A DNA stretch of 64,000 nt from Bdellovibrionales bacterium (GTDB lineage Bacteria > Bdellovibrionota > Bdellovibrionia > Bdellovibrionales > UBA1609). A program made the position numbers and the translations under genes. Within the stretch, counting starts at the first letter, position 1; every line of letters begins with the position of its first letter. Positions 17,830 to 27,682 of the stretch are shown piece after piece. The notes under the pieces were generated by a model that made no database searches, had not been told where the DNA came from, and was given only the letters and a program-made list of their open reading frames with translations. The stretch is from the NCBI GenBank assembly GCA_965199825.1, contig OZ241329.1, forward strand, positions 1,056,001 to 1,120,000, written 5' to 3'.

Positions 17830-19561
17830 ACACATGTTGAGTTTGCCGCTTTGATTTTTTTGGCGGCATTAAAATCGAAACCGTTTTTAAAAGTAGCTCT
17901 CGATCAATTGGTTTAACCAAGTGATTGTCAAATCCGGCGCTCAAGCAGCGTTCGCGGTCGCCCTTCATCGCATAGGCCGTCAACGCAATGATCGGCTTTC
18001 GAAATCCTTGTGATCTCAATTCGCGAACCGCTTCGAAACCATCCATCAACGGCATTTGGATATCCATTAGAACAAGATTAAAATTTGATTTTAATGCTTT
18101 TTCTATTCCTTCAATTCCATTTTCGGCGGTGTCGACAGAAGCTCCAGCAATTGTCAAAATTCGACTGACCAGGGTGCGATTGTCAGCAGCATCATCAACC
18201 AGCAAAATCTTTAAGCCCTTGAGATCATATGCCACTGGCCCATCGTTCGAAATAACGGGTGCAGAATCCACTTCGGTCTCCATTGATTGCACAAGAGGAA
18301 TTGAAATCTTAAAAATACTTCCCACGCCCAATTCACTTTTATGAATTGTCAAATCGCCACCAAGAGCTTGGCAAAGTTTGCGAGATAAAGCCAAACCTAA
18401 ACCTGATCCACCAAATTTTCGTGTGGTGCTCGGATCGGCTTGGGTAAATGGAGTAAACAACTTTTTTTGCTGGGTATCAGAAAGTCCAATGCCTGTATCC
18501 TTAACCAATATCTGTAACACTCCCGCAGTTCTAGATTTTTGGATAAACTGAACATAGATTTTGACGCTGCCCTTTTCGGTAAATTTAATCGCGTTACCCA
18601 CCACATTGATTAAAATTTGGCGCAATCGCATTGAGTCGGTGGTCACATCGCGTGGGACGCGATCGGCAATGGTCGCCGAAAGGGTTAAGCCTTTAAATTG
18701 GGCCTGCACTGACAAAAGTGAAGTCACATCCGAGATCAGACTGCCTAAACCAAAACTGTTTTTCTCAATATCCATTTTGTCGGATTCGACTTTTGACAAA
18801 TCTAGAATTTCATTGATCACTTGCGAGAGTTGATTGCCATTACGAATAATGGTTTCCACGCACTGCTTGCGGTCCTCAACGGATTGATTCTCGTCTGTCA
18901 TCAGTTCGGCAAAACCAATTATCGCCCCAAGGGGCGTACGAATCTCATGAGACATATTAGCAAGAAAATTACTTTTTGAAACGTTCGCGGCTTCGGCCTG
19001 ATTACGATCTTTTTCACTTTGCTTGAGCAGCCGAGTTCTTTTGACCGCGGTGCGCGCCAAAGCTTCGGCCTTTTTTTGTTCACTGAGATCGGTCAGCACC
19101 ACACACAGTGCAGGCGTACCTTGTTGGTGAATGAGGCTTGCCGAGAGATAAGTGTAAAGTGCACCAGCGCTCAATAGGATTTCGCCGCGACAGGACCCAC
19201 TTCGCCAAGCGCTATCTAAAAGCAATTCGGTAGCAGTGCGTGAAGATGGGTGGACATAGTCTAAAAAGCAAGAGCCCATCACATTCTCAAGCGGACTCTT
19301 CAGCATTTGTGAAAATCGACTGTTTGAGTAATTAATAAAATTACCCTTTAAAAAGGTAGAAGCTCCTTCGCTCATCTCTTCAACCAAAACGCGATAGGGA
19401 TGTTCGAGTGGATTCAAAGTATAATGATGATCGCCACTTTCATCGTTCACAATCAGTCCATCGATTTGACCGTTGCGAATAGCCGACAAGGCCTCTTCTG
19501 CTTCGAGCAGCCTCAGCTTTAAGGTCTCCAGTTGTGACTTCAATCGATCCTTAGATGTCAT
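17822..19561 (-). CDS. PAS hybrid histidine kinase of the kaiC-kaiB-linked type
   Basis: RLLEAEEALSAIRNGQIDGLIV N-terminus, [11 protein letters not shown], HATPase, REC; 4-bp overlap with kaiB. Confidence 0.9.
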   Translation of the reverse strand: MTSKDRLKSQLETLKLRLLEAEEALSAIRNGQIDGLIVNDESGDHHYTLNPLEHPYRVLVEEMSEGASTFLKGNFINYSNSRFSQMLKSPLENVMGSCFLDYVHPSSRTATELLLDSAWRSGSCRGEILLSAGALYTYLSASLIHQQGTPALCVVLTDLSEQKKAEALARTAVKRTRLLKQSEKDRNQAEAANVSKSNFLANMSHEIRTPLGAIIGFAELMTDENQSVEDRKQCVETIIRNGNQLSQVINEILDLSKVESDKMDIEKNSFGLGSLISDVTSLLSVQAQFKGLTLSATIADRVPRDVTTDSMRLRQILINVVGNAIKFTEKGSVKIYVQFIQKSRTAGVLQILVKDTGIGLSDTQQKKLFTPFTQADPSTTRKFGGSGLGLALSRKLCQALGGDLTIHKSELGVGSIFKISIPLVQSMETEVDSAPVISNDGPVAYDLKGLKILLVDDAADNRTLVSRILTIAGASVDTAENGIEGIEKALKSNFNLVLMDIQMPLMDGFEAVRELRSQGFRKPIIALTAYAMKGDRERCLSAGFDNHLVKPIDRELLLKTVSILMPPKKSKRQTQHVFK

Positions 19562-19920
19562 GGCACTTCATAAACCTTTTTTGTTATATTAAGAGCGGCT
19601 AAAACACGAGCTTTATTTGAGAGGTCTCCGATCATACGTCTTAGTGGTTCGGGCAGTAGGCGCACCAATGTAGGAGCTGCAATCACATCATGGAGTTTAG
19701 CCATTTCAGGCCTTTGCAATACGTCCACAACTTCAAGTTCATAACGGCCCTCTAAATATTCTTCACAGATATCTTTGATATTAGCAAAAGCTTTGGTGGA
19801 TTGAGGGCTAGGGCCAGTGACATACAAACAGAGTTTAAATTTTTGTTGCGCAGATTTTTCAATCAGCTGCTCAAATGCTTTTTGACTCTTTTTGCTGTTT
19901 TTAGATTTTGTGATTCTCAT
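19558..19920 (-). CDS. kaiB: KaiB family protein
   Basis: LYVTGPSPQSTKA...YELEVVDV...VIAAPTLVRLLPEPLRRMIGDLSN. Confidence 0.93.
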   Translation of the reverse strand: MRITKSKNSKKSQKAFEQLIEKSAQQKFKLCLYVTGPSPQSTKAFANIKDICEEYLEGRYELEVVDVLQRPEMAKLHDVIAAPTLVRLLPEPLRRMIGDLSNKARVLAALNITKKVYEVP

Positions 19921-21359
19921 AATTCTCTTTCTTCATGGCCCGTTCCAAAATCCAAAAACTGAATTCCATTTTTGGTCATAACAAATTCGCGAACTTGTTT
20001 GGAGTGAGGCATCCCGCGCGATTTAATAATATATAATCCGCGTTTGCGTTCATAGCGGGTTTCTATTTCTCTCAAGACGATCCAGGTATCAATTAACGAT
20101 GACACATTGATGTCGCTGGAAGGATGTTCAGTGCCCGCAATGAGAGAGGTGAATATACTTGTGATGTTATAAGATTTTAATACATCAAGCATACGAGTCA
20201 AAATCGAAATCACCTCGAGACTTGTGCCTTGAGGGATTAAGCTTGTTAACGGATCAACAACGACAACCGTAGGTTTAAATTTTCGAATAATTTTTTGAAT
20301 TTGAACAAGGTGCATCTCAAGCCCATAAAAGGCGGGCCGAGTGGCCATAAATACAAGGCTACCATCGTCCACATATTTTTTGAGTTTGATATTGGGGGAG
20401 GACATGTTGCGCATCATGTAGCTTGGCGACTCTTCAAAAGAAATATAGATGCATCGTTCACCATGCTCGCAGGCCTTGCTCACAAAGCTTGTGGCAAAGC
20501 TCGTTTTTCCGGTACCTGCGGTCCCCGAGAACAAAACACTACTGCTTTTAAAAAAGCCTTTGCCATCAAGTAATTCATCGAGCTTTTCTACGCCTGAGGA
20601 AATGCGCTTGTTCGAAGCGGTATGGTTAAGTCCAAGTGATGTCAGCGGTAAAACAGAAATCCCATCTTCATCAATCAAAAATGGATATTCGTTTGTGCCA
20701 TGGACTGAGCCCCGGTATTTCACAATTCTCAGCCGTCGTGTTGACAACTGCTCAGTCACACGGTGATCAAGAAGGATCACGCAGTCAGAAACATACTCTT
20801 CTAAACCATTTCGAGTGAGCGTGCCGCTGCCACGTTCACCGGTGATGATTGCGGTAACCCCTTTTTGTTTAAGCCATTTAAAGAGGCGCCGAATTTCTGA
20901 GCGCAAAATCGCATGATTTTGGATTCCGTCAAATAAAACTTCAATCGTATCAATCACAACTCGCTTAGCACCGATGGAATCGATAGCGTGGTTCAAACGA
21001 ATAAATAATCCCTCAAGTTCAAACTCACCCGCTTCAACAATTTCACTTCGATCAAGAAAGATATGTTCGATCAGTATCTTTTTTTGCTTCTGAAGCTTTT
21101 TTAAATCAAAGTTGAGCGAGGTGACATTTTGATTGAGATCATCTTCGGACTCTTCAAACGACATAAACACACCGGGCTCATCGTATTTAGCCGCACCGGC
21201 CACCAAAAATTCCATCGCAAATAGGGTCTTGCCGCAGCCAGCGCTTCCACAAATTAAAGTTGGGCGGCCGGTCGGAAGCCCTCCGCCGGTAACTTCATCA
21301 AGACCTGTGATTCCGGTAGGAGTCTTCGGTAAGCTCGACAAAGAATTGGTTTTAGGCAT
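19917..21359 (-). CDS. kaiC: Double-domain KaiC ATPase (non-cyanobacterial, KaiC2-like)
   Basis: Walker A GSAGCGKT and GTAGTGKT, FEES catalytic glutamates in both domains, VSSLIDTW phosphosite region, KSRGMPHS. Confidence 0.95.
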   Translation of the reverse strand: MPKTNSLSSLPKTPTGITGLDEVTGGGLPTGRPTLICGSAGCGKTLFAMEFLVAGAAKYDEPGVFMSFEESEDDLNQNVTSLNFDLKKLQKQKKILIEHIFLDRSEIVEAGEFELEGLFIRLNHAIDSIGAKRVVIDTIEVLFDGIQNHAILRSEIRRLFKWLKQKGVTAIITGERGSGTLTRNGLEEYVSDCVILLDHRVTEQLSTRRLRIVKYRGSVHGTNEYPFLIDEDGISVLPLTSLGLNHTASNKRISSGVEKLDELLDGKGFFKSSSVLFSGTAGTGKTSFATSFVSKACEHGERCIYISFEESPSYMMRNMSSPNIKLKKYVDDGSLVFMATRPAFYGLEMHLVQIQKIIRKFKPTVVVVDPLTSLIPQGTSLEVISILTRMLDVLKSYNITSIFTSLIAGTEHPSSDINVSSLIDTWIVLREIETRYERKRGLYIIKSRGMPHSKQVREFVMTKNGIQFLDFGTGHEEREL

Positions 21360-21476
21360 CCATCCTCATTTCAATTTGTAAATCATCTATGTCCTCGTAA
21401 ATTACGCGTGGCCCATACGCAATGCACGACATTTCGCCGCTTGTGACCTGCTGGATCTCAAGCTACATTGCTTCCT

Positions 21477-22178
21477 ATGGTACAAATTTTAAAGAGCGAT
21501 CAAAGAGGCGTTTCTAATTTGGGTTGGTTGAACTCACGCCATTCCTTTTCATTTGGGGGTTACTATGACCCTCGCCACGTCGGTTGTAGCGTGCTCAGAG
21601 TGATCAACGAGGATATTATAGATGGCGGTAAGGGCTTTGGAACCCATCCTCACAGGGATATGGAGATCTTGTCGTTTGTGATCGACGGCGCCTTAGAGCA
21701 TCGTGATTCTGAGGGCAACCGCACCGTTATTAGACCTGGCGAAATTCAGAGGATGAGTGCAGGTACAGGCATTGAGCATTCAGAAATCAATGCGTTCAAA
21801 GATCAAAAAACCCATTTTTTACAGATCTGGGTCCTGCCCGATGGTGACGACTATAAGCCGTCTTATGCCCAAATGAATTTTACGGCACAATTTGAAAACA
21901 GTAATTTTGTTTTGCTCGCTTCTAAAGAAGGTCGAGAAAAATCTATCACCATTAATCAAAATATCGACATCTTTTTGGGCCGCTCCGAGGAGCCTACAAA
22001 AGTTAGACACATCATTCGCTCGGGCCGTAGCGTTTGGATTCAAATTGTAAAAGGTGAAGTCACCACGCTGGATCAATCACTTAGCGTAGGTGACGGCGTC
22101 GCGATTGCCCATCATGATGAAATTCATCTTGATGTTGCTAAACACTCCGAGTTTATTTTGTTCGATATGCCGATCTAA
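21477..22178 (+). CDS. Pirin-like cupin (YhhW family)
   Basis: WLNSRHSFSF, HPHRDMEI, MSAGTGIEHSE, FLQIW. Confidence 0.92.
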   Translation: MVQILKSDQRGVSNLGWLNSRHSFSFGGYYDPRHVGCSVLRVINEDIIDGGKGFGTHPHRDMEILSFVIDGALEHRDSEGNRTVIRPGEIQRMSAGTGIEHSEINAFKDQKTHFLQIWVLPDGDDYKPSYAQMNFTAQFENSNFVLLASKEGREKSITINQNIDIFLGRSEEPTKVRHIIRSGRSVWIQIVKGEVTTLDQSLSVGDGVAIAHHDEIHLDVAKHSEFILFDMPI

Positions 22179-22240
22179 AAAAGTTGGCACAGCCCCTGCA
22201 AATTCTTTTCGGTGTCCATTCGTAATCATTGGAGGATTTC

Positions 22241-23413
22241 GTGAAGAACGCGCTATTTGTATTGAGTCTCTCAGGTCTAATAATCTCTTGTAGCAAAGGC
22301 GGAAGTACTTTTTCTTCGCCGGTACATTCCAAAAATATTGAGTCCGAATCGGTATCAGTCCCGGTAACAGAGCCCAAAAATCAAACAGCCGAGGCAATCC
22401 GCCAATGGCAAAAAGGAATCTGCGACGGCAAAGCAGTTTTTAATTTTTTTGATGCTCTTAAACTTGGTGTGTTTTCGGATTTAGAAGTTGAAGCCATTAA
22501 AGATTGCAATCCACCCTTTTTAACTCAGCCTCCTTCAGAACTGACTCGCGTTCAAAATTTTGCGCGTCGATTGGCTCGCCGCGAAGAATACACCGTAGCC
22601 ACAATCGAGACTATTACCCCAGGTCAAATGCGTTTGGCCCAAGGGATTCTTGCCGACAAAGATTTCTTAAACATCGTCGATGAAACCGGAGCAACTCCCT
22701 TGATAGCTTTAGTTAAAGCTAATGAGGTCGATTTGATTCAATTCGTTTTAGAAACTAAACTGTTAGTTTCACAACTCGTAATTCCCGATAGCTTTGGACG
22801 TATTCCATTTCATTACGCGCAATCAAAAAATGCGGCTATGATTTTTTGGAATGTCTCTTCATCACTTAAATGGTTTCAAACCAAAGATGATCAAGGCCAA
22901 AATGCGTTTTTGTTTATGGCCCAAAATGTAAATGCGATTGAAGCATTCAGATATTTGACAAAACAGGTTTGTGATGGACGATTCAAAAGAATCAAAAATC
23001 AGTTGATGGGATACTCTAATTTTAGAAATGCTTTAGATAATAAAAACCAATCCGCCTTACACAAAGCGGTCCTTTCTGGAAATACTCAAGCCCTCCAACT
23101 TCTGACCTCGTGTAAGGGAGTTGACTATGATCAACAAGATATTCATGGTCGAACCGCTCTTCACTATGCAGCAGCAATAGTAGACCCCAAGTCAACAGCC
23201 GCCGTTTTGTTACTCAACCACCCCTTTGAAATCGATATGTCCTTGGTTGATGAGAGTGGATTTACAAGCCTGCATTATGCAACAGTTTGTCATAATCCAG
23301 TTGCGGCGAAATCATTATTTCAGGCCGGGGCAAAGCCTGCCGTCTCATTTAATCATCCTGTAGATCGAAGTAAACGTTCAGTGGATTGCCCTAATTTTCA
23401 AGACGCTCAGTGA
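22241..23413 (+). CDS. Ankyrin-repeat lipoprotein
   Basis: GGAGG then GTG at 22241, lipobox-like IISC, repeats GATPL, GRIPFH, QSALH, GRTALH, GFTSLH. Confidence 0.8.
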   Translation: MKNALFVLSLSGLIISCSKGGSTFSSPVHSKNIESESVSVPVTEPKNQTAEAIRQWQKGICDGKAVFNFFDALKLGVFSDLEVEAIKDCNPPFLTQPPSELTRVQNFARRLARREEYTVATIETITPGQMRLAQGILADKDFLNIVDETGATPLIALVKANEVDLIQFVLETKLLVSQLVIPDSFGRIPFHYAQSKNAAMIFWNVSSSLKWFQTKDDQGQNAFLFMAQNVNAIEAFRYLTKQVCDGRFKRIKNQLMGYSNFRNALDNKNQSALHKAVLSGNTQALQLLTSCKGVDYDQQDIHGRTALHYAAAIVDPKSTAAVLLLNHPFEIDMSLVDESGFTSLHYATVCHNPVAAKSLFQAGAKPAVSFNHPVDRSKRSVDCPNFQDAQ

Positions 23414-24657
23414 GACACCGAAGCGCGCAGCTCGCTGTAGCGCTGATGAATGTTGATGTAAAAAGATTGATTTTGGGATGCGAGTAAGCCAACGATATTG
23501 TAGATCACAAAGTAGACCGAAAGCGCGCACACCACTTTGAGCGCTTTTGGTTTAGTAAAAATAAATTTTGTTAAATTCATATAAGTCATCGGCATGATCA
23601 ACATCAGATGCCAATTGGAAAAAACAATTGGAGTAATCGCCGACGCTAGAAACGCCGAAATCAACGAGGCAACCAAAAAATTATCCAAAAATGTGGGCAT
23701 CAAATATCGAGGTGATTTTTTAAGCTGAAGAGCCCACCATACAAATGCGGCGACACTTAAGATCAGAGTGAGCCCACCCACAACGTAGCGTACGATTAAA
23801 AATAAGTATGTCGATATGAATCGCAGCGTAGGGTTTTGAACCCAGTCAAAATCAACCGCATTAAAAATATAACTCGGAAACAGTGCTGAAGAAAATCGAA
23901 ACCAATAAATCAGACCTTTAAGTAAAGGGTAGACTTCAACTAAGCCGCGAAAATAAAAAAATTGTTTATCTGCGCCGTCCAATACGGGTGCAAGATTTTG
24001 ATTTGACCTCAATGCCAAAAAATAAGGAATCATCGACAAGACACACAGGACACTCGATGTTACCACAGCAAACCAGTTGAGTTTAATTTGTTTGCGCAAG
24101 AAGAGATAGCCGCTAGTAAAAATCAAAACTATAAAGGATTGATGAATCTGCAGCGCAATCCCAATCGAGAGCATATGCCAAAACGTCATCCAAAAAGATT
24201 TTCGCTCATTCATCTCAACCGCCGTATAAAAATGCAGAGCCGAGATAAAAAATAAATAACTGGGATTCCATAAAAAAGTATTCGACGCTCGCCACGGTGT
24301 GAGCCAAACCAAACAAACAAATCCAAAACGCTCAAGCTCGCTCATTTGGTCTTTTAAGGCTTTATAAAATAAAAATAACCCGGCGAGGTGAAGTCCCGAC
24401 AAAACAAGTTCGTATGACCACGGCGACTCCCACACCATCAAAGGAAGTCCGACTAGCGCTGTGGTTAAGCTGCCAGGATTCGAGCCGCCTCCGGTGACCA
24501 AGTTTCCGAAGTGTGTCCATTTTCCGTAGAGCGCCAACCGGATCCCTTTTTCGAGCAGCTGCATTTGATCTGGAAGTGCGATGTGAGTTGCAGCCCAAAG
24601 CAAGCCTTGTAAAAAACCAACGATGATCACGATCCAAAAAATTGATTTTTTTTGCAT
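23407..24657 (-). CDS. Polytopic membrane protein, GT-C (ArnT/PMT-like) glycosyltransferase candidate
   Basis: About 10 TM helices, acidic DQ motif in first loop, WNPSY and QIH motifs. Confidence 0.55.
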   Translation of the reverse strand: MQKKSIFWIVIIVGFLQGLLWAATHIALPDQMQLLEKGIRLALYGKWTHFGNLVTGGGSNPGSLTTALVGLPLMVWESPWSYELVLSGLHLAGLFLFYKALKDQMSELERFGFVCLVWLTPWRASNTFLWNPSYLFFISALHFYTAVEMNERKSFWMTFWHMLSIGIALQIHQSFIVLIFTSGYLFLRKQIKLNWFAVVTSSVLCVLSMIPYFLALRSNQNLAPVLDGADKQFFYFRGLVEVYPLLKGLIYWFRFSSALFPSYIFNAVDFDWVQNPTLRFISTYLFLIVRYVVGGLTLILSVAAFVWWALQLKKSPRYLMPTFLDNFLVASLISAFLASAITPIVFSNWHLMLIMPMTYMNLTKFIFTKPKALKVVCALSVYFVIYNIVGLLASQNQSFYINIHQRYSELRASVSH

Positions 24658-24730
24658 CAGCCATCCTGGTCAAAAAATCCAAACCTGTCAATTCGTTGAC
24701 TTTTATGTTTGAAAGGAAAATGGTTTAGCA

Positions 24731-25636
24731 ATGATTTTAGTCATTCTTAGCTTTTTACAAATGAGTTTTGCGTGGACCGATCTGGGTCACGAAGTTGTGG
24801 GCGAAATCGCCGAACAAAATTTATCACCCACCGCCAAAAATTTTGTTCGCGGTGTTTTGGGTATTGAACCCCTTGCGGTTGCGGCGACTTGGCCAGATCA
24901 TGTGCGCCTCGATTCTCGTTTTAAAGATTTTGCGCCCTTTCACTATTGTGATGTTCCTCAAGGCAGTGCGCTTGAAACAATCACCGCACGAACTCCAAAA
25001 AATTGTTTTGGTGTGATCACAAATGCAATCAAAATGCTCAAAGAAAAATCGGTCAATCGCGAAGCCAAAATGATTGCACTCAGATATCTGATCCATGTTG
25101 TGGGGGATGTGCATCAGCCTTTACATATTGGTAACGGAACCGACCTTGGTGCAAACACGTGCGAGATTCATTGGCGTAAAGGATCTCACGCTCAGTTGAT
25201 CACCGAAAACTTGCATCTGTTTTGGGATCTCACCATGGTTGAGCAAGTGGGTCTGACGATCGCCAAACCCGCACATGGCCTTATCTCTTACAAAGACTAT
25301 GCATCCGCGCTCAAGCGCGAGCAAAAAAGTCTGTTCGAATCAAAGACGGCGTCCACCCCAATTATCGATTGGCTGCATGAGTCGCAAAATCTTCGCGACC
25401 GACTTTATCCTTTACCCAAAAATCACTCCTATTGTTCATCGCCTCACAAAAAAATCCCGACACTTGATGACGAGTACGTTCGTCAATTTTCTCAACTGCT
25501 CGAAGAGCAATTGGTAAAAGCGGGTTTGCGATTAGCATTTGTTTTAAATGAATTGGCCCAAACCTCGCCGACTGTTGATGACAATCAGGAGCAATCTATT
25601 TTGCAATCCGTTGTGAAAGGCTTCAGTGCCGAGTAG
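24731..25636 (+). CDS. Secreted S1/P1 nuclease
   Basis: Mature N-terminal W-x-x-x-GH, WPD, HVVGDVHQPLH, LHLFWD zinc-ligand motifs. Confidence 0.92.
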   Translation: MILVILSFLQMSFAWTDLGHEVVGEIAEQNLSPTAKNFVRGVLGIEPLAVAATWPDHVRLDSRFKDFAPFHYCDVPQGSALETITARTPKNCFGVITNAIKMLKEKSVNREAKMIALRYLIHVVGDVHQPLHIGNGTDLGANTCEIHWRKGSHAQLITENLHLFWDLTMVEQVGLTIAKPAHGLISYKDYASALKREQKSLFESKTASTPIIDWLHESQNLRDRLYPLPKNHSYCSSPHKKIPTLDDEYVRQFSQLLEEQLVKAGLRLAFVLNELAQTSPTVDDNQEQSILQSVVKGFSAE

Positions 25637-25684
25637 AGATTGACATGATTTATGTTTACGACGACAACCATCAAGAGGGACTTC

Positions 25685-26464
25685 ATGAAAAAATTAATTT
25701 TTAGTATTCTTGTGCTTTGTCATTCAACAAGCTTTGCGTTTCTCCAATTTAACAACATCAGCGACGACGATTTTAAAAGTGTATCAAAAGAATTCACCGC
25801 CAATTTTTCGCACTTGTCAGTTTCGGGTGCGAACACACTTGGAAGTATTTTTGGCTTTGAAGTGGGGTTGATCGGTGGGATCACATCCACTCCGGATACA
25901 AAACGGATTGTCCAAAGCTCAGGTGGATCTTCAATTGGTGAAATTCCGAACGGAGTTCTTTACGGTGCTTTGACCATTCCGATGGGAGTAACCTTCGAAG
26001 CCAACCTGATGCCGAGCATTGAGGTGGCTGGAGTACGATCGAATGTTTTTAGTGGCGCGGTCAAATGGACTTTGACCGAGACCTTGTTGCCTTACGTCCC
26101 TTTGTCGCTCGCGGCGAAATTCGCATACACCCATTCCTCATTGGATGGCGATACGGTTGTAAACGGAAATCAAACCTCGCTGCATTTTACTGATGACGCT
26201 ACCAATTTAAGTTTACTCGCCAGCAAAGATTTATTTTTTGTTGAGCCTTATGTGAGCGTGGGTTTGGTGAGCGCACATACAAATCTCAAAACTGATTACG
26301 GTTCGGTTTTTATTAACGGATCAAACTCAAACTCGGCCAATATTGCTGGCACCGCAGTTTTGTTGGGTGGAGAGTTTAAATTTATTCTTTTTAAAATGGG
26401 TTTAGAGTACGGCAATATTTTGGGTGCAAGTCGATACAATTTAAAACTCGCATTTAAATTTTAA
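25685..26464 (+). CDS. Outer-membrane beta-barrel protein (DUF6588-like)
   Basis: Signal peptide from MKKLIF (25685), amphipathic strands, terminal LAFKF. Confidence 0.7.
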   Translation: MKKLIFSILVLCHSTSFAFLQFNNISDDDFKSVSKEFTANFSHLSVSGANTLGSIFGFEVGLIGGITSTPDTKRIVQSSGGSSIGEIPNGVLYGALTIPMGVTFEANLMPSIEVAGVRSNVFSGAVKWTLTETLLPYVPLSLAAKFAYTHSSLDGDTVVNGNQTSLHFTDDATNLSLLASKDLFFVEPYVSVGLVSAHTNLKTDYGSVFINGSNSNSANIAGTAVLLGGEFKFILFKMGLEYGNILGASRYNLKLAFKF

Positions 26465-26467
26465 ATA

Positions 26468-27682
26468 ATGCCGCTCGAGCGTGTTCTCCCTACCCGAAGC
26501 TTAAAAGCTTTAGACGGTTTAAATTTTTTAGTTTCTGAATTGAGCGTGGGCTTAGGACCCTTTATGAGCAGCTATCTTTTGGTTGTTCATCATTGGTCGC
26601 AAGGAGAAATCGGGATTGCTTTATCCGCAGCCGGAATCTCGACAATTATCCTACAAGCTCCAGCTGGGTCATTGATCGATAACGCAAAAAATAAAGTTCA
26701 TCTTCTGATGTTGGCCGCACTTGTTATGGGTGGCGCCACGTTTTGTGTTGCGGTCTCAACCTCATTTGCGATGGTTTTGTTTGCTCAAGTGTTGTTTGGT
26801 GCGGCAGGAAGTATTCTTGGGCCCACAATCAATGCGGTAAGCCTCGGACTGGTCGGGCCACATCACTTTCCAAAACGTGTGGGACGCAACGAAGCCTTCT
26901 CTCATGTGGGAGCTCTCGGATGGACTCTTGTGTCGGGCGGAATCGCACAATACTATTCTCCCGTCGGTATCTATTGGCTCTCGATTGTGACCGCAATTGT
27001 TACGGTCGTAGTAATTCGGTTTATAAAAAATGATGACATCAGTAATAAATTAGCGCGTGAAGCTCCAGAAAATGACGAAGAGGTCATCAAGGTGAGCTAC
27101 CTCGAACTATTAAAAGATCGACGGGTTTTACTGCTCGCAGGAACTTTTTGTTTATTTCATTTTGCCAATGCGCCAATGCTTCCATTGGTCGGTCAATATT
27201 TGAGTCAAATAGATCATGAGTCTTGGGCACTTTATCAATCGTGGTGCATTGTGCTTTCGCAAGTGGTGATGATCCCTGTTGCGATCATCTGCGGTAAATT
27301 CGCCCATCAGTTGGGCGGTCGAGCTTTGATGCTCGTGGGCTGCACCATCTTACCCCTCAGAGGACTTTTGTTTACTCTATCGGTCAATCCAAAATTTATT
27401 TTGGCGGTCCAAAGCCTTGATGGAATCGCAATGGGCATCTATGGAGTGGTTGCAATCCTGATGATTCGAAACTTGAGTCAGGGCACAGGTCGGTTCAACG
27501 CAATAGTTGGTTTACTGACCACCGCGATTAGCCTTGGAGCAGCATCAAGCAATGTGTGTGCAGGTTTTATTGCCCAGCACTTTAGCTTCAATGCCGCCAT
27601 GGTGTTTTTATCTGCAGCCGCTGCTATGGCGTTAGGGCTTCTTTTTCTCTATTCTGATCCGCCATCGAAGGTGCCTGCGTAA
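26468..27682 (+). CDS. MFS transporter
   Basis: About 12 TM helices, GSLID and GGR loop motifs, GTGRFN. Confidence 0.88.
   Translation: MPLERVLPTRSLKALDGLNFLVSELSVGLGPFMSSYLLVVHHWSQGEIGIALSAAGISTIILQAPAGSLIDNAKNKVHLLMLAALVMGGATFCVAVSTSFAMVLFAQVLFGAAGSILGPTINAVSLGLVGPHHFPKRVGRNEAFSHVGALGWTLVSGGIAQYYSPVGIYWLSIVTAIVTVVVIRFIKNDDISNKLAREAPENDEEVIKVSYLELLKDRRVLLLAGTFCLFHFANAPMLPLVGQYLSQIDHESWALYQSWCIVLSQVVMIPVAIICGKFAHQLGGRALMLVGCTILPLRGLLFTLSVNPKFILAVQSLDGIAMGIYGVVAILMIRNLSQGTGRFNAIVGLLTTAISLGAASSNVCAGFIAQHFSFNAAMVFLSAAAAMALGLLFLYSDPPSKVPA

Noticed and set aside
19558..21359. Cyanobacterial-type circadian clock
   Set aside because: There is no kaiA, the phosphosites are SS rather than ST, and the KaiC C-terminus is short.
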